From positions 3,534,001 through 3,598,000 of the forward strand of contig NW_026867487.1 in assembly GCF_020745735.1 (NCBI RefSeq): a DNA stretch of 64,000 nucleotides, written 5' to 3'. A program made the position numbers and the translations under genes. A model generated the notes under the pieces. That model did no database searches. It was not told the origin of the DNA and was given only the letters and a program-made list of their open reading frames with translations. This stretch comes from Hemiscyllium ocellatum (Eukaryota). Each line of letters opens with the position of its first letter. The first letter of the stretch is position 1. Positions 24,743-37,835 of the stretch are shown piece after piece.

Positions 24743-27299
24743 AGCTATGCACTCTCACCTCCGCTTTCTTGATCAGATCCTTGAGCTGAGTCGTGAAGCA
24801 TTAGTAGAATAAAAACGTATTTTGAAAGAGGTTGCCCAATTGTTAAGTTTCGCAGTGTCGATTCTGCGATATTAATATTGGTGTAATCACTTCTTATTTA
24901 TAGTGAACAGATAATTTTTGACGACAGACTGTGGCACTCGTATGTTGACTATCAATTATATTTCTACTAATTAATTGATTGATCCAGATAAAGAACAAAA
25001 TTGATGTCAATCTCTAGCTCGTTGTCATTTGTATGCACTCGAGAGAAGACTTTGTCCATTCACTGCGTGTTCTAAGGACCAGTGTTGATAGATCTGTAAA
25101 TTTTAATACCAGTTCTAAATTTGGGAATGTTGCTAAAAAATGGATTTGAATGATAACTGATATTATTGAATGTCTGGGCAGGGTCGCAGGTCTAAAGGCC
25201 CACCTGCAGATCCTATTCTGTGAGTACTAATGTCTAATTCTGGGACAGCATAGTTTGCTGTACCAAAGAGCTGCAAACTCATTGGATCTCACCTAGTGAC
25301 ACTGGCAGGAATGATTAAACTAACACCGGCAATAGATACGATTTTGGATAGATATCCAAAATCCGATATGAAACCATATTCAGCTCGAACTCCATTTGTT
25401 CAAATTTACCAATTGTTCTGCAAACATGATGACCACGGGGGCTTCATATATTTTTCACTTCTTCAGTCTGTTTATCTGGTAAGATATCAACTTTTTTATT
25501 GCCATTAATACTGTTCAAGGAACTTTCACTTTATTTGCGTGTCCTTGCTTTTTTTTTTGAGATCACTGCATAAAATAAAACAATAATTCCACAAAAGATG
25601 TTTTGCCTAATTGTAGCATTCAGTCTTACAGAAGCTAGTTGCTGTGGTACTGTTTGCAATTTCAATATAAATCTTTAATTTATGCTCTGTGCTTCCCGTT
25701 GGGCAAAACAACTGCGGTTGTATTTGCCCTTTGACAAAATAGTGACCATAACATTCCCCTGACCATCTGCTCCTATTTTATGTTATTTCAATTTGCTAAA
25801 GCCCCCTCATTCAAATTCTAATTCTTTAGAGACAGTGGCTCTGGGGGGCAGATGTTCCGTATGTATCAACGAATGAGATGAGGGAAAGATTTCATCGACT
25901 GAGAAACCCACTGCAGTGGGACAAGGAGAGTTGAATAGTGGACAGCCTGCAGAGCAACACCGATATTTTAATGTTATAAATGCAGCACACTGAATTCAGA
26001 AATATATAAATAAGAACATTAGATGCAACAACAATGTACCTTCTTCAATTCTCTTTGCATTAATTACTTTCCAAACATAATTCACAATGTTTATTTCGTA
26101 CTTTATACAATTACACCTTTTCAAGATATTGTGACTTTTTTTTAAAAAAAGGCTCCCGCCATGAACAATGATGGATGCAACATTAATCATGACAGCAAGG
26201 TATATTTCATGTTTGTATTGGAACATACCTGATGTATGGAAATTTCGCAAACTATTTGCAGCAAATATTTGGTTTAGTTTCAATTCGTCAAATGCATTAA
26301 TTTGGTTTTTAGACCGTCTGCCCTGGTGTCTTGAAAATGTCACTTGATCCTGATAGCTTTATCCTCTATTAATCTTTGTTCAACAGCCTTTATTCAGGAA
26401 TGCAAAATAATCCTTTAGAAATTGCTTATATTATGGACTCTTCGTTTTTAGTACGGATGGCGTCTTTGGCAGTGAGAGGAGCTTATTTAGGGCACTCCAT
26501 TTTTTTAACAGATTTTCCACAACTGGAGAAACTTTTTGCATGAAATGCAACTTTTCAATTCAGTTTTTCGATATGAATATAATAAATTTTAACTTTAGAA
26601 TAACCTCTTGAAAAGCAATATTACTCTTTCCTCTGACAACATTTATTTCGATCACAACTGCACATGGCTATAACTGACGTCAGACTACCTGTTTGGTATC
26701 ATTCCTTATATGCATGGGATATTCTCTCAGTTCTGCAAAGCAGCAGCCAGAACTTATGTCCTCACAGTGAGTTCGATAATTAGAATCAATATTAGAAGTG
26801 ATAACTTTCATTAATATTTTGGCATAGAGTTACAGTTTTCTGCATGGCAATGTGCTGAAGTTTTATTGCCTGAGGCCCTATGAAAAACAGCTCTTAACTG
26901 GCAGCTGCTGTGACCCAGAAACCTGTTATATTTATTGTATGAGACTTTCGCTCATTCTTACTACTGTGAGACTCATTGCATAATAATAAACAGCGGTATC
27001 TGAAAGCCGTAGATCAGAAATGGTCAATAGATACAACTTGCCTGACTGATGGACTGTATCATAAAACCGGTACCGAGAAAAATCTGCCTTAAATGAATTG
27101 CTGCCACTTGTGTCTCTCTGGAAGGCGAACTCAGTCTGTCTTCCTGGGTACTGACGGTATCAGAATAAAGAATAAGCATCGCCAGTGTAAGTACAGCTTA
27201 AAATAGCAACTTAAAGTAATGTGAAGCATGATGGTTGAATATTATTAACGTGTAAGAGGCTGGGGAAGCTCAATGACGCCCTCCAGAGTCTGTAATCCA

Positions 27300-27770
27300 T
27301 TTCATCAGAAGAATTAGAAATTTTCTGTCAAGATCAAGCTATGGTGTTAATTTCTGAATCGCCATAGGACACGTGCTACCACTTTCCCTTCTCCCGATCT
27401 TTCCTATACACTTCCACCAAACCTCCTGTCTATTCCAGAGGAACTTCTGCCCATCTTCGGATTTTAAACGTGCTGTTTGACTTGCGCTGTCAGAAATAGT
27501 TCAGCATTCATAACTTCACGGAGAATCATAAAACTCTTGCAGAGTAGAAGCAGGCCTTTCATCTCATTAAGTACGCATAGATTCTCTGACATTCTTCCTA
27601 CCCAAACATTACTCCCTCCCGTATCCTTGCAGCCCGATATTCCCGTATGCAAACCAACTAGCCTGCAAATCCTTGGACTGGGAGAGGTAACCAGAGCACC
27701 GAGAGGAGTCCCACGCAGACACTGGAGCAACGTGCAAACTTCACACAGACAGTCGTAGGATGCTGGAACT
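27300..27770 (-). mobile_element. Very decayed CR1 3' fragment plus HE1-like SINE piece
   Basis: Weak CR1 C-terminal similarity in ORF 27464-27730; GTGCAAACTTCACACAGACAGTC at ~27732. Confidence 0.45.
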
Positions 27771-28156
27771 GTACCATAATCTCAGTCAACCTCTGAGCCA
27801 AAGTGCCGCCCACAGGTTTTGAAATTCTCCATCTGAAGAGATCAGTGTTCAATACCTGAAAGTGTTCATGTCAGCGTTGGCTAATGTGGATACTGATGGG
27901 ATTATGTTATTGTTTTCCCATAACTCTGAATGGTTCATCTGAGGTGGACCACTGTCTACGATATTATTGAATGGCAGGTGAGGTCTAAAAATCCTATCGA
28001 CCAATATCCTGGCTAACGTATTTCTGTCAGAATATTTCATCTTCTTCTCCTCTCATGGTGTCCTTCTATATTGTGGCTGTCTCGATTTGTTGCAGTTTGA
28101 TTTTGGTTTATTTGCTGCAACTCTGTCAGTCTGTGTGTCTCTGTGTCAGGATGTCT

Positions 28157-28180
28157 CCCCCCCCCCCCCCCCCCCCCCCC
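28157..28180. repeat. Poly-C tract (24 nt) followed by short (CT)n
   Basis: Read directly from the sequence. Confidence 0.95.
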
Positions 28181-31100
28181 ACTTCTCTCTCTCTCTCCTG
28201 TGATCCCGTGGATGTGGTCGAAAAGGTGAATCGCCGCTTCCATCATCTGATCACCTATCTCAATCAACTGATCATAATATCTTTCCAATATCATATTGTG
28301 GAGACTGTTAACTCCTCTGTTAACTTCTTTCAGGACTTCACTCTGTCCATTCCTATCGCTCAGATGTTTTTCTAGAGCGTTCTTCCATTTGATGCTCGCT
28401 TTTTACATTGTAAACTCCCTAGCTCTTCACCTCTCTGCATGCATAAGATTCTCTCTGTCCTGATAACAATCCATTCATTCTGGTGCTTTCTTTTTCCATC
28501 TCATCGTCTCAGTATCTGTGAACTTCATAGAAAATCTGTGCAAAATGTGTTAGAAATAGAGAGTAAAACCCAAGGAGAATGAAAGCTGGAAACAGTGGAC
28601 CTGAACCAATGCAAAGCTATGGGTTGGAGATGGAGAGAGAAGGAAGCAAGTTTTGAATTCCTGAATAATTGCGTGTTGATCCCAATGCATCAAATCTCAC
28701 AGCCATTGAGGCAAACTTCAATTTTCCTGTGGGTTTAAGCGAGAGCAGAATATTTTCAAACATAGAATAAAAACGTTGCTGAAAACGTGCAAAACGCAAC
28801 AGCATACGTCACACTAAGATTACTTAAAAGTTATCTGCACTGCCTGAAACAATCAGCACAATCTCAATGTCAACAAAATGTAATGGATTTGACGACATGC
28901 AGGGAATGGCTATAGAAAAGACTCATCCATATAGATAGATCACTCAAGATCAGACAAGATCCAAGATATACTGCAATCTCCTTTCTGACAGCAGTCGAGC
29001 ATTTGCAGCATGATGCAGAGAACAGTAGAGATCTATTATATACACAAGAAACTACCCGCTGTGGACCAATATACAAATGCATGGAGACCACATAACAGTC
29101 ACAGTCAGCGCAAAATCACATTGTACTACATCCTTTCTTCTCTCCGAAAATGTAGCATATTATCCAATCATCTCCACCGTTGATACAGTTAGATGCATTG
29201 TTGCCTTTTTAAGTACAGGCTTAAATAATTCACACTGCGTGTCAAAGTTAAGGGTACACTTACAAACGCTGTACCTGTATTTAATCAAATGCATCTTCGG
29301 GAACCGAACAAAATATAAATAAACGGGAACCAGAAGCAAAGTTCAAAATTGGCCGAGTTATTTGAATCACAATAAGAGAGTTTTGTATTTCTTGGAGTTC
29401 TATATACCCTGTCCCAGAATAGAGTTCCAAGACTTCTCACGCCAGTGCCTGAGCCTGAAACCAGCTCTTTAACTTCATTGGGACCATTTTTTCGACATGA
29501 GTTGGAAGGAGAGAGACTTCCTTCACATTGTGCAGTCCTCACTCGCATTTCTAAAACTTCTTACAATGAAGTAGTTTCTGCACACATGCAGAAAGGCATG
29601 GTTACTATTAAGGTTGAGAGTTTTTATTGCGTTATGTGATTCGTCAATTGAATTTGTTCATCAAGGAGACAATTAACCAGATTCTGCGACATTCGTTATG
29701 ATTCTCTAAATTTCACTTGAGTCCACTGAGTGATATCTTAAAATTAAGAATTTCCAATAAGTAGACAAAATTCATCAGGTATAATTGAGAATTAAAATGG
29801 TGGCATTGCTCAGAATTTCACCTCATATATTGAATGGCCTATTTAGTCTCTCCCAACTTGCAGTTCTCTATCAGAGTCAAGTCATCAAAGTAGATTTATA
29901 AAGTTGTTTCTGCTGCCCAATTCTGTCAGATGAGTATTATGGAGGCAAAATAGTGATGTGAAAGATTTTGATCTGACTACTTCTGAGCTGTTACCTCGTC
30001 AACCTCAGCAGAAGAACCGGACTCCAAGTGTAACGTCTCTTTAATAGATATTCTGTTTTTAAGACGTAACATTGATTTTCTTTGTTAAGTCTTTCCCCAC
30101 AATCCGAAGATAAAGCAAATATATTTCAAATGTACCGACTATCGACGATACAGTTGTAAAGATGTGATGTGAAGATAAGTGGAAACATAGACCGATGAAA
30201 TAAAGTTATTATGCAAGTCCGAGAGAGACAGTGGGAATAAATACGCACTCATGGTATGAGCAGAACACAGAAAATGTGCCAACTGGAGAAATGGATGTCC
30301 AGCACACCTTGGGTGACACATTGTGAATTTAAATGGAGAATTGCATTTCACGTTATTATTTAAGTGAAACAATTGTGAGAGTTTTTCTTCGTTTAACCCT
30401 TTCTGATTCAAGATTCATCAAATTATTTTCCCATACACGCTGTCGTGGGAACTAAATTCAATTAAAGTTTTACTTTTTTTCTATCTCATAGTTCAATCAC
30501 ATACCTCTAAGTGCTTTTCAAAAAAATCCACCACCATTACATCACCCTTATTTATGTGTAAAAGCGAAATGAATTTTCTGACAAGGGAAAAGCTAATAGG
30601 AAATGGCAGCAGAGCCAATCTTTTTCATCAGAGCTGTTTGAGGGTACCTAACCAGACGTAGATGCTAACAAACTGCAGTAGGACTTCAATCTGGTGCTTC
30701 TGACATAAGCATAGGAAATGTTTTCACTTCATGGCAAGACACTTCTAAAGAGTAATTCACTAAATTAATGTTAAATGGCACATTAATTAATGAAATGTTG
30801 ATAATGACCTTTGCATTTGCTGGCAGTAACTGCATGCATCTGCTAGCTTCTGAAGGACAGACGGAAGGAATTTCCTTTCAAAACGTTTTACCAATTTCAA
30901 ACACTTTGAATCTGAGGGCGAAGTACAGAAAGAAATAAAGATTGCATTAACATTACAATTATCTCAATCAGCAATTAGGACAAAACGTTTGGTATAACGT
31001 TACGACTGACTAATTGTGCTTTAATACACTGTTTATGAAAGAAAAAAAGATGTGAGATATACCGTGAAGGAAGCCAAAAACATAGGCAAATGACATGGAA

Positions 31101-32514
31101 GAGTAATCCTGCTGGATCGACTGACAGCAGGAATAAAAAAAAGAACATGATCAGTAGTCTGACACATAGAAGAAATACAGTAAGGCAAGTTGGGAAACTA
31201 AAGAGAGAATAGGATATGATAAAAGTCAAGCAATGTCGTTAATAAGAAAAAAAGAACAAGAAATATACGTGCTTGATGTGACATAATTTACATGTGCATC
31301 ATAATGGATTAAGTATTTGAATTAGTTGCAGCATATCTATCAATAAGAGGCACTAGAAATTGGCCTGGGGCTCGTTTGTAACTTTTAACTTGTGCATTTT
31401 GGAAACTGGAAAGTTTTGAATTCTTCCACCAGAGGGTTTTGTGAACATAAATATTTCAATATTTTAAATTGCAATCCGAGATAGAAAGTGGTGAGCTGAC
31501 ACTGCTGAGAGAACATTGGGCTGATCTCCCATCTGTTTATATCTCTGTTGCCCATGTTACCTACATTGCTTTACTGAACACATTGGAATTATGCCTTTTT
31601 TTCATGATTGACATTGGCTTGATCGGCAGTTCAAAGAACAGGATCTGTATTTATGTTCCAGCAGTACATTTCTGGGATTCATATCTAATCATGTGGAACT
31701 ATACTGTGTTGCTACTGACAATCCCATCACTCTCAGTAATATATTAATATAGATCAAATAATAATACTTCATACTGATTGCAGTCATGGTAATTTAACAA
31801 AAGATGATAAATATAACGATGATCACCAAACAGAATGAAATCACCATATCGCAAGAGACGAAAATCTCCCTAACACTGTTGGTATGGTGGGAATATCATA
31901 TGCAACGGCAGGTTGAAGAATTGGTTTAATTGCCGCTTCACATAGCAGACTATATTGTTCGTATGGTCAGAAGATGCATAATAAATAACACAAATGTTTA
32001 ATCCTAACGCTGAGATTACACTCCAGCAATGTTCAATTTTAATCACTTTCAAGCACTGAACTGCACACTGCTTCAATTCTTATAACAATCTGCAAACAAA
32101 ACACCTTCATAGAAGCTATGGATTTCAAGATGCAAAATCATAATTGTGAAATTAGCATTTCCAGTAGGCCTTGTTTTTCTTACACACAATTCACTTTTTT
32201 GCACAAGCAGACTTTGTGCATTTCCAGTAATTAATGTAAAGTGTCAATGGCTGATCAAAATTTTGGTGCTGTGAATACAAATTACTGGGTTTTTACACCA
32301 TGGAATGATTTCAGCAGAAGCGAGCACAGGCTCCTTACTGAATGATTATGAAATCAGCAACATTGAAGCAAGTCAACATACAAGGACCATATTTAACAAC
32401 TGTTGACAAATCCTAAAAGTTTGGCTATCTGAACTTAAGTGAAATGAACATCGATGAAGGGGCAGTTTATTCGTGGACGGTGAGGCAACCCAGTGATAGG
32501 CAAAGACAGATGTC

Positions 32515-32730
32515 CCGTACCATAGAGTCATAGAGTCATAGAGATGTACAGCATGGAAACAGACCCTTTGGTCCAACCCGTCCATGCCGAAAAGATATCC
32601 CAACCCAATCTAGTCCCACCTGCCAGCACTTGGCCCATATCCGCCCAACCTCTTCCTACACATATACCCATCCAAATGCCTCTTAAATGTTGCAATTGTA
32701 CCAGCCTCCATCACATTCTCTGGCATACGT
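32515..32730 (-). mobile_element. CR1 LINE 3' tail
   Basis: (CATAGAGT)n tail and ACAGACCCTTTGGTCCAAC UTR motif. Confidence 0.8.
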
Positions 32731-34234
32731 TACCAATGATAATCGTTAACAATTGGTTGTTCAGCTGTCTTGAGGTTAGCGAGACACAAATGGCCACTTT
32801 TTAACAGTACAATGAGTCATCATCGCACCAGACACCCTTTATAACAAAATATCATACAAACTTCACCTTCGGGGGAAAACGTCACTTTCATCCTTCTGCT
32901 CTCTACTGCAGACGACCCTCACACCATTTCATGATTTGTGTTGTCACGGCCAGGTGTATCTGAAAGGTACATTTGATTTGTCTTGCTGCTGGACATACAA
33001 TAGTTTATGATACCTTTTGTTAGCGTTGCAAAGGGTAAAGGTTGATATTTGAGGCCTTTTCAATTATTTGACAACAAGTAGCTGGAGTGCTTGTAAGTCC
33101 CCTTGAGTAACGTGTCTAACATTGAAATTAAAGTGTGAATTTCAAGAGATTTGAAGTTGTGTCTAACTGAATTAGACCTTTACTTACGTTCAAATAGAAC
33201 AGAATCTTCGGGGAAAGGGTGGGTGAGTTGTCAGTGGGTTTGTGTGAACGTTGTGTGAAGAAACATTGAATCCGAGAGTAGCGCTGTAATTTAAAATGTG
33301 AATGCTTTCATCTTAACTTGCATGGTTGATCTGGAATGTTCAATGTAATTATCAAGAATATGAAATTTTATTCAGGTAGTTAAAAGCAGATCACGCCAGA
33401 TAGAGACAATCTGGTTGTTTATAATTTTCCGTTTGAAATTTGAAATGTTTTGTAATTTACTGTTGCAGATTTTATGAATGAAGTCGATTTTGGAGTAAAA
33501 CATCATTGGTCTATTTAATTATACCTTTTTACTGTAATTGTTAACTATTCCATATTATTGATTGTCCAGACGCTTAATTTTGACTCTGCACAAATCTCTA
33601 TGCAATGAAGGTAGCATGGTTGCGGAGTTAGCTTGTATTGCAATAATCTTTGAAACGCCCCGCATTTAGAACTGTCGATCTGTCAATCACTTTTCCATTT
33701 ACCAGTGCGGTATAAACATGAACATCCACATTCTCCATTTTGTATTTACCTCTGTGTAGCGATGTTTGTACAAGTGCATCTCACCCCACAGGGGTACTAT
33801 TGGGCAAGAAGTCGAGGGGCTGCTGTTTATCTGTCTACCAATCACACGCGTCCATATTGATATAAAGGAATTCATTTCATCCAGTTTCTTTCACGAATGC
33901 CAATATGTGTTCATTGTTGTACATCATAAATACTCAAATTTATTCTGTATTCAGATTTCTCCCCCATCCATTATATATATTAAACTGAGTATCTTGGCTG
34001 ATGCTTTCAGAAACCAATTAAGAGTTAGATGCATTATTGTGAGGTTTACAGTCACACGTTGGCCAATCCGAGGAGGGATGACTGATTTGTTTATAGAAAG
34101 ACTGTTTTTTTTTGCAACAATCAATTATTGCATCACGGTCAGCAAGCCGAAATTCGATATGAAGTCAGGATTTTATGAATTGCCTTCAATTTCCGCTATC
34201 TTCCATGGAGCATTTTGAACTCAGACATTTTGAA

Positions 34235-34415
34235 CCCAAAGCATTTTACGGGCCTCTGGATCACTAGTCCATTGACATTATCACAATTTGGTGAAAGTGA
34301 GGACTGTCGATACTACTGGAGATAAAAATCGAGAGTCTGGCGCTGGAAAAGCACAGCGAGTCAGGCAGCATCTGAGGAGCGGGAGAATCGATGTTTCAGC
34401 CAAAGTCTTTGATTC
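34235..34415 (-). mobile_element. SINE head fragment next to a Penelope-type terminal repeat
   Basis: CCTCTGGATCACTAGTCCATTGACATTA (reverse SINE head), then CTGGAAAAGCACAGCGAGTCAGGCAGCATC. Confidence 0.6.
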
Positions 34416-36029
34416 CTCTCGTTTATCACAATCAATCTGTCTGTGTTTCCATTGACAATGCAAATCAGGAATTGAAAGCGGTATGTGTTTGTGGTAACAT
34501 TTTTTTCTCTGAAGGAAGAATCTGATTTTAAACAAACTCTAGAGAATTAATAGCACCCTATTAACGATGAACTGTTGCACAACCCGAATTTGTTTCTTTC
34601 CCAAGGGATGAAAAGTACACATCAGCAACGCTGTGAAGGGATTTTTAAAAAAGATAACTTTTCCATATAAAGTCGTCTTGTAGTTGATACCAATTGGAAG
34701 TCTCTTTCCTTTTTGGTGTCGTGAATTAACTATGTCTCTGTTGTAACGTGCAGTCCTAATTGCGTAGAGACATTTGGCAAATTCGGGGTCTTAATATTCG
34801 ATATTTCAGTTCTATGAAATGTGGAATGAAACCTGGTAGTCGTTATGCATCCCAGGTGGTGATTGCACGAGAGTACACAAGGACGAGGTTCATTTGTATA
34901 GAAAGTGCCCTTCAACATAAATACAATTATTTTTACGACACTTACTTCAGCCATTGGATCTTCTACGAATGCAAAATAGCTCGACTGTAACAAATAGCAA
35001 TAATGATATCAACAATCAGCATTATCCTTATTTGTATTAATGTTGGAACCTCACCATAATATTTTACCAGCAGTGACATCAGTTATTGTCAAAGCTACCA
35101 AATAAACCTATTAAACTATAATCTCGTGTTGTGCCAATTTTTTACTTTGCCCACACCAGTCCAACACCAGCTCCTCCACATCTTGTCAAAGCAGTTAGAA
35201 CTAGCTGCAGGTGAATGGATTTAAGCCAATTGCTCACTCACATTGCTGAATGCATTTTTAAAAAAATGTCGTCTGAGCTATTATTGTGAGGAAATGTACG
35301 AATCTGTTTCTTTTGAGAATTCCAGACGCTTTCACATATCAACACAGGAAATCGCTTGTCGAATCCAAATCACTGGTCCATGTCGCAATAGCCATTGCTC
35401 CAGAATTACCTAAACGTACCAATTCACTGCAAACATCAATTGGGTCAAGGAGAACACAACACAGCAAAGTAAAGAGACAGGAAGCCACAGACTTAAAACT
35501 GAAAGTGGTACAAACAGCCACAGATGCAACAATGGAATTAAGAGAACAATTCCTGAGCATCGAAATATGTTGCCCACATCCTGCACCTGCTCACTGCTCA
35601 GGCGCCTCGAAAGTCAGTTAGCTGAGAGGAGTTTGGGCCATGGTTAGTCGTGGTGGCCAACTATGAAGAGAATAATGACTTCTAAAATTGAGTAGTGAAA
35701 CTGCCTTTTCGTTGGACTTGAATGACACGTCTTTCAGTTTCCCCATTTTGTAAATGTACAATTGAATCTTATTCCGTCTTCAAGTTGTTTGTGGACTAAT
35801 TGATTGATTGATTGTGATGTGTACTGGAGCACAGTGAAAAATTTTGTTTACGAGCAATAAACACAGATCATAGCAAGCAAGGATGCACGAATCAAAAAGA
35901 CTGAGATATTGTATTCCAAATCGTAACATATCACAGTTAGGTAAATAAAACTCTCCTTTCCTGATTTTACGCTCCTTTACAGTTAAGTTAATTTGCTGTT
36001 TTAATCTTCTGCTGAAGAAACCATGGCAC

Positions 36030-36290
36030 TGGGGAGGCTGTGGCCTCGTTGTAATATTTTTAAGTTGTTAATCCAGTGATCCAGCTAGTGTCTGGGAACC
36101 CGAGTTCGTATTTTACTTCAATACAAACCTAGAATTAAGTCTGTAATAATGACCACGCAATAGCTGTCTATTGTTAAAAAAATACTTTACCCCTGTCCCT
36201 CAGGGAGATAAACTGGCATCTTTGTGGAATCTGGACAACATGTAACTCCAGACCCTCAGCAATATGGTTTTCTTTTATCTGCCCTTTTCA
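36030..36290 (+). mobile_element. SacSINE1/DeuSINE-like SINE, decayed
   Basis: TAATCCAG..GGAACCCGAGTTCG head; AATGACCA and CATGTAACTCCAGACC core. Confidence 0.6.
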
Positions 36291-37362
36291 ATTTGCAAGA
36301 ATACTGCCCTACACAGTTATGCCCTCACACTGTGAATGAATGCAAAAATGCGATCAACTTATTCAAAGTGGGTGTATTTCTGGCAAGTCAATTAACTGTC
36401 ACTACCATGTCATTTGATTAAATGAAATCAAGCTGTGCTTTTAAACTTTGTTTTCATGACAGATTCTCAGCTCTGAAATCTCTCTGGTGAATTAGCACTT
36501 CCTCCAAACGCTTTCATATTTTTCAAAATCTGAATTAGACATTTTAGTCCGAAGGGCATGTTCCATTGCTTTAAGTAAGGTGACTAGATAACTTTACCTC
36601 CCTCTTATTGCCTGTGTGGCTCCAATACTGAGCTGAACAAAGTCCTTTATACTTACAATCTTAGCCCTCGTCCATTCCATTTGAGAGCCCGACAGCCACT
36701 ATGAGCTGCTTCTGGCAACACAGGAGGCTGTCTGTGACAGCGTTTATTCAGCAAGCTAATCGAGGCATCGGTTTATGTGAAACTTCTGCAGCATATATAA
36801 CTGTGCACCTCGCCAATTCTTGAAGAATCTTCTGTTAAAAAAGTATCGTACTTGATTGTAAATCTGCAGTCTGAAAGGCAACTATTGCCATCGTGGTTGT
36901 GTATTGTGTTATTAAACACAGTAAAATAGCAGCTCTTGTAAAATCATTAAATGAAATACCTTGACAGCGTTAACAGTTTCACATTTCTTTTCACAACGAA
37001 CCAGGACAGAAACAGTTGAATCAAGGTTAGAGACCTGGTAGAGAGATAAATAGGATAGGGGACTGAAATCGATGGGAAACGGAATAAGACAGATGCGTAT
37101 ACCGATAGAAAGATGCACACAAAAAGAGAAATTTGCTTGCCATGAGGTTTTTGATATTATGCAGTAATTAGACACAACTGACATAGATTGATGCACAGAT
37201 GGTGGCAGGGATGATATATCAGCCAATCATGTCCCAGAACTGCATTTCCTTTTTCCTCATGTGACGATGTCGCTACCTACTTTCAGATTTCGACGATAAG
37301 CACTGCGTTTATCACATTTATATAATGCAGCAGCATTTTCACCTGCATTTAAACTAGAAATC

Positions 37363-37796
37363 ATGTATCCTTCACGTTTCGTGCTGATACTACTGGTCCT
37401 GATGCCTGGTGAGTGTGAATTTTAATGACTTGTGCTTGTTGCCTGCATTTGCTCCCAATTTTAATATACATTTTATGTTCATATTTCAGGTACAAGTGGA
37501 ATCGACTCAGTATCCCAGGTTCCGTCTGAACTAACAGTTGAGGAAGGAGAGACCATTACACTGAACTGCAGTTATTCCACGACTGATACTTTTCCTTATT
37601 TCTTCTGGTATATTCAATATCCAGGGAGTTCCCTGAAATATATGCTGAAGAGATATGGCAGTGGTCCAGGCGAGACCGCTGAAAATTTCCGTCGAAGATT
37701 CAGTGCATCATTGGACAAAGAACGGAAAACAGTTCCATTAAGAATCCTTCGAGTTTTTGTCTCTGACTCTGCAACGTATTATTGTGCACTGCGCCC
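37363..37796 (+). CDS. TRAV: TCR alpha/delta-type V gene segment V4 (family B), apparently intact. Leader exon 37363-37408, intron 37409-37489, V exon 37490-37796
   Basis: Leader MYPSRFVLILLVLMPG, GTGAGT donor, tttcAG acceptor. V exon IDSVSQVPSELTVEEGETITLNC...WYIQYPG...RRF...DSATYYCALRP, checked codon by codon with no stops. Confidence 0.94.
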
Positions 37797-37835
37797 CACA
37801 CTGTTACAGGGACGCTGTCAGCATGTACAAAAACT
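37797..37835 (+). other. 23-RSS of V4
   Basis: Heptamer CACACTG 37797-37803, 23-nt spacer, nonamer ACAAAAACT 37827-37835. Confidence 0.92.

Noticed and set aside
25907-25920. 14-bp palindrome CCCACTGCAGTGGG resembling a signal joint
   Set aside because: It is not two abutting heptamers and has no flanking nonamers.
26675-26775. Perfect CRE TGACGTCA (26675-26682) followed by ATG, CACAGTG and a GTGAGT donor-like site, suggesting a V promoter or relic
   Set aside because: The upstream frame is not hydrophobic, and there is no acceptor, V exon or nonamer downstream.
33766-34218. 150-aa ORF and the many other 60-150 aa ORFs in the track
   Set aside because: No recognisable domain or splice structure; most overlap repeats or microsatellites, or are antisense to them.
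8941-37835. NAR-TCR supporting V, IgH-like V or TAILV identity for the four intact genes
   Set aside because: All four have their own leader exon, no extra CDR1 cysteine, and TCR-type WYxQ and CALR/CGLR motifs rather than IgH or IgNAR motifs.
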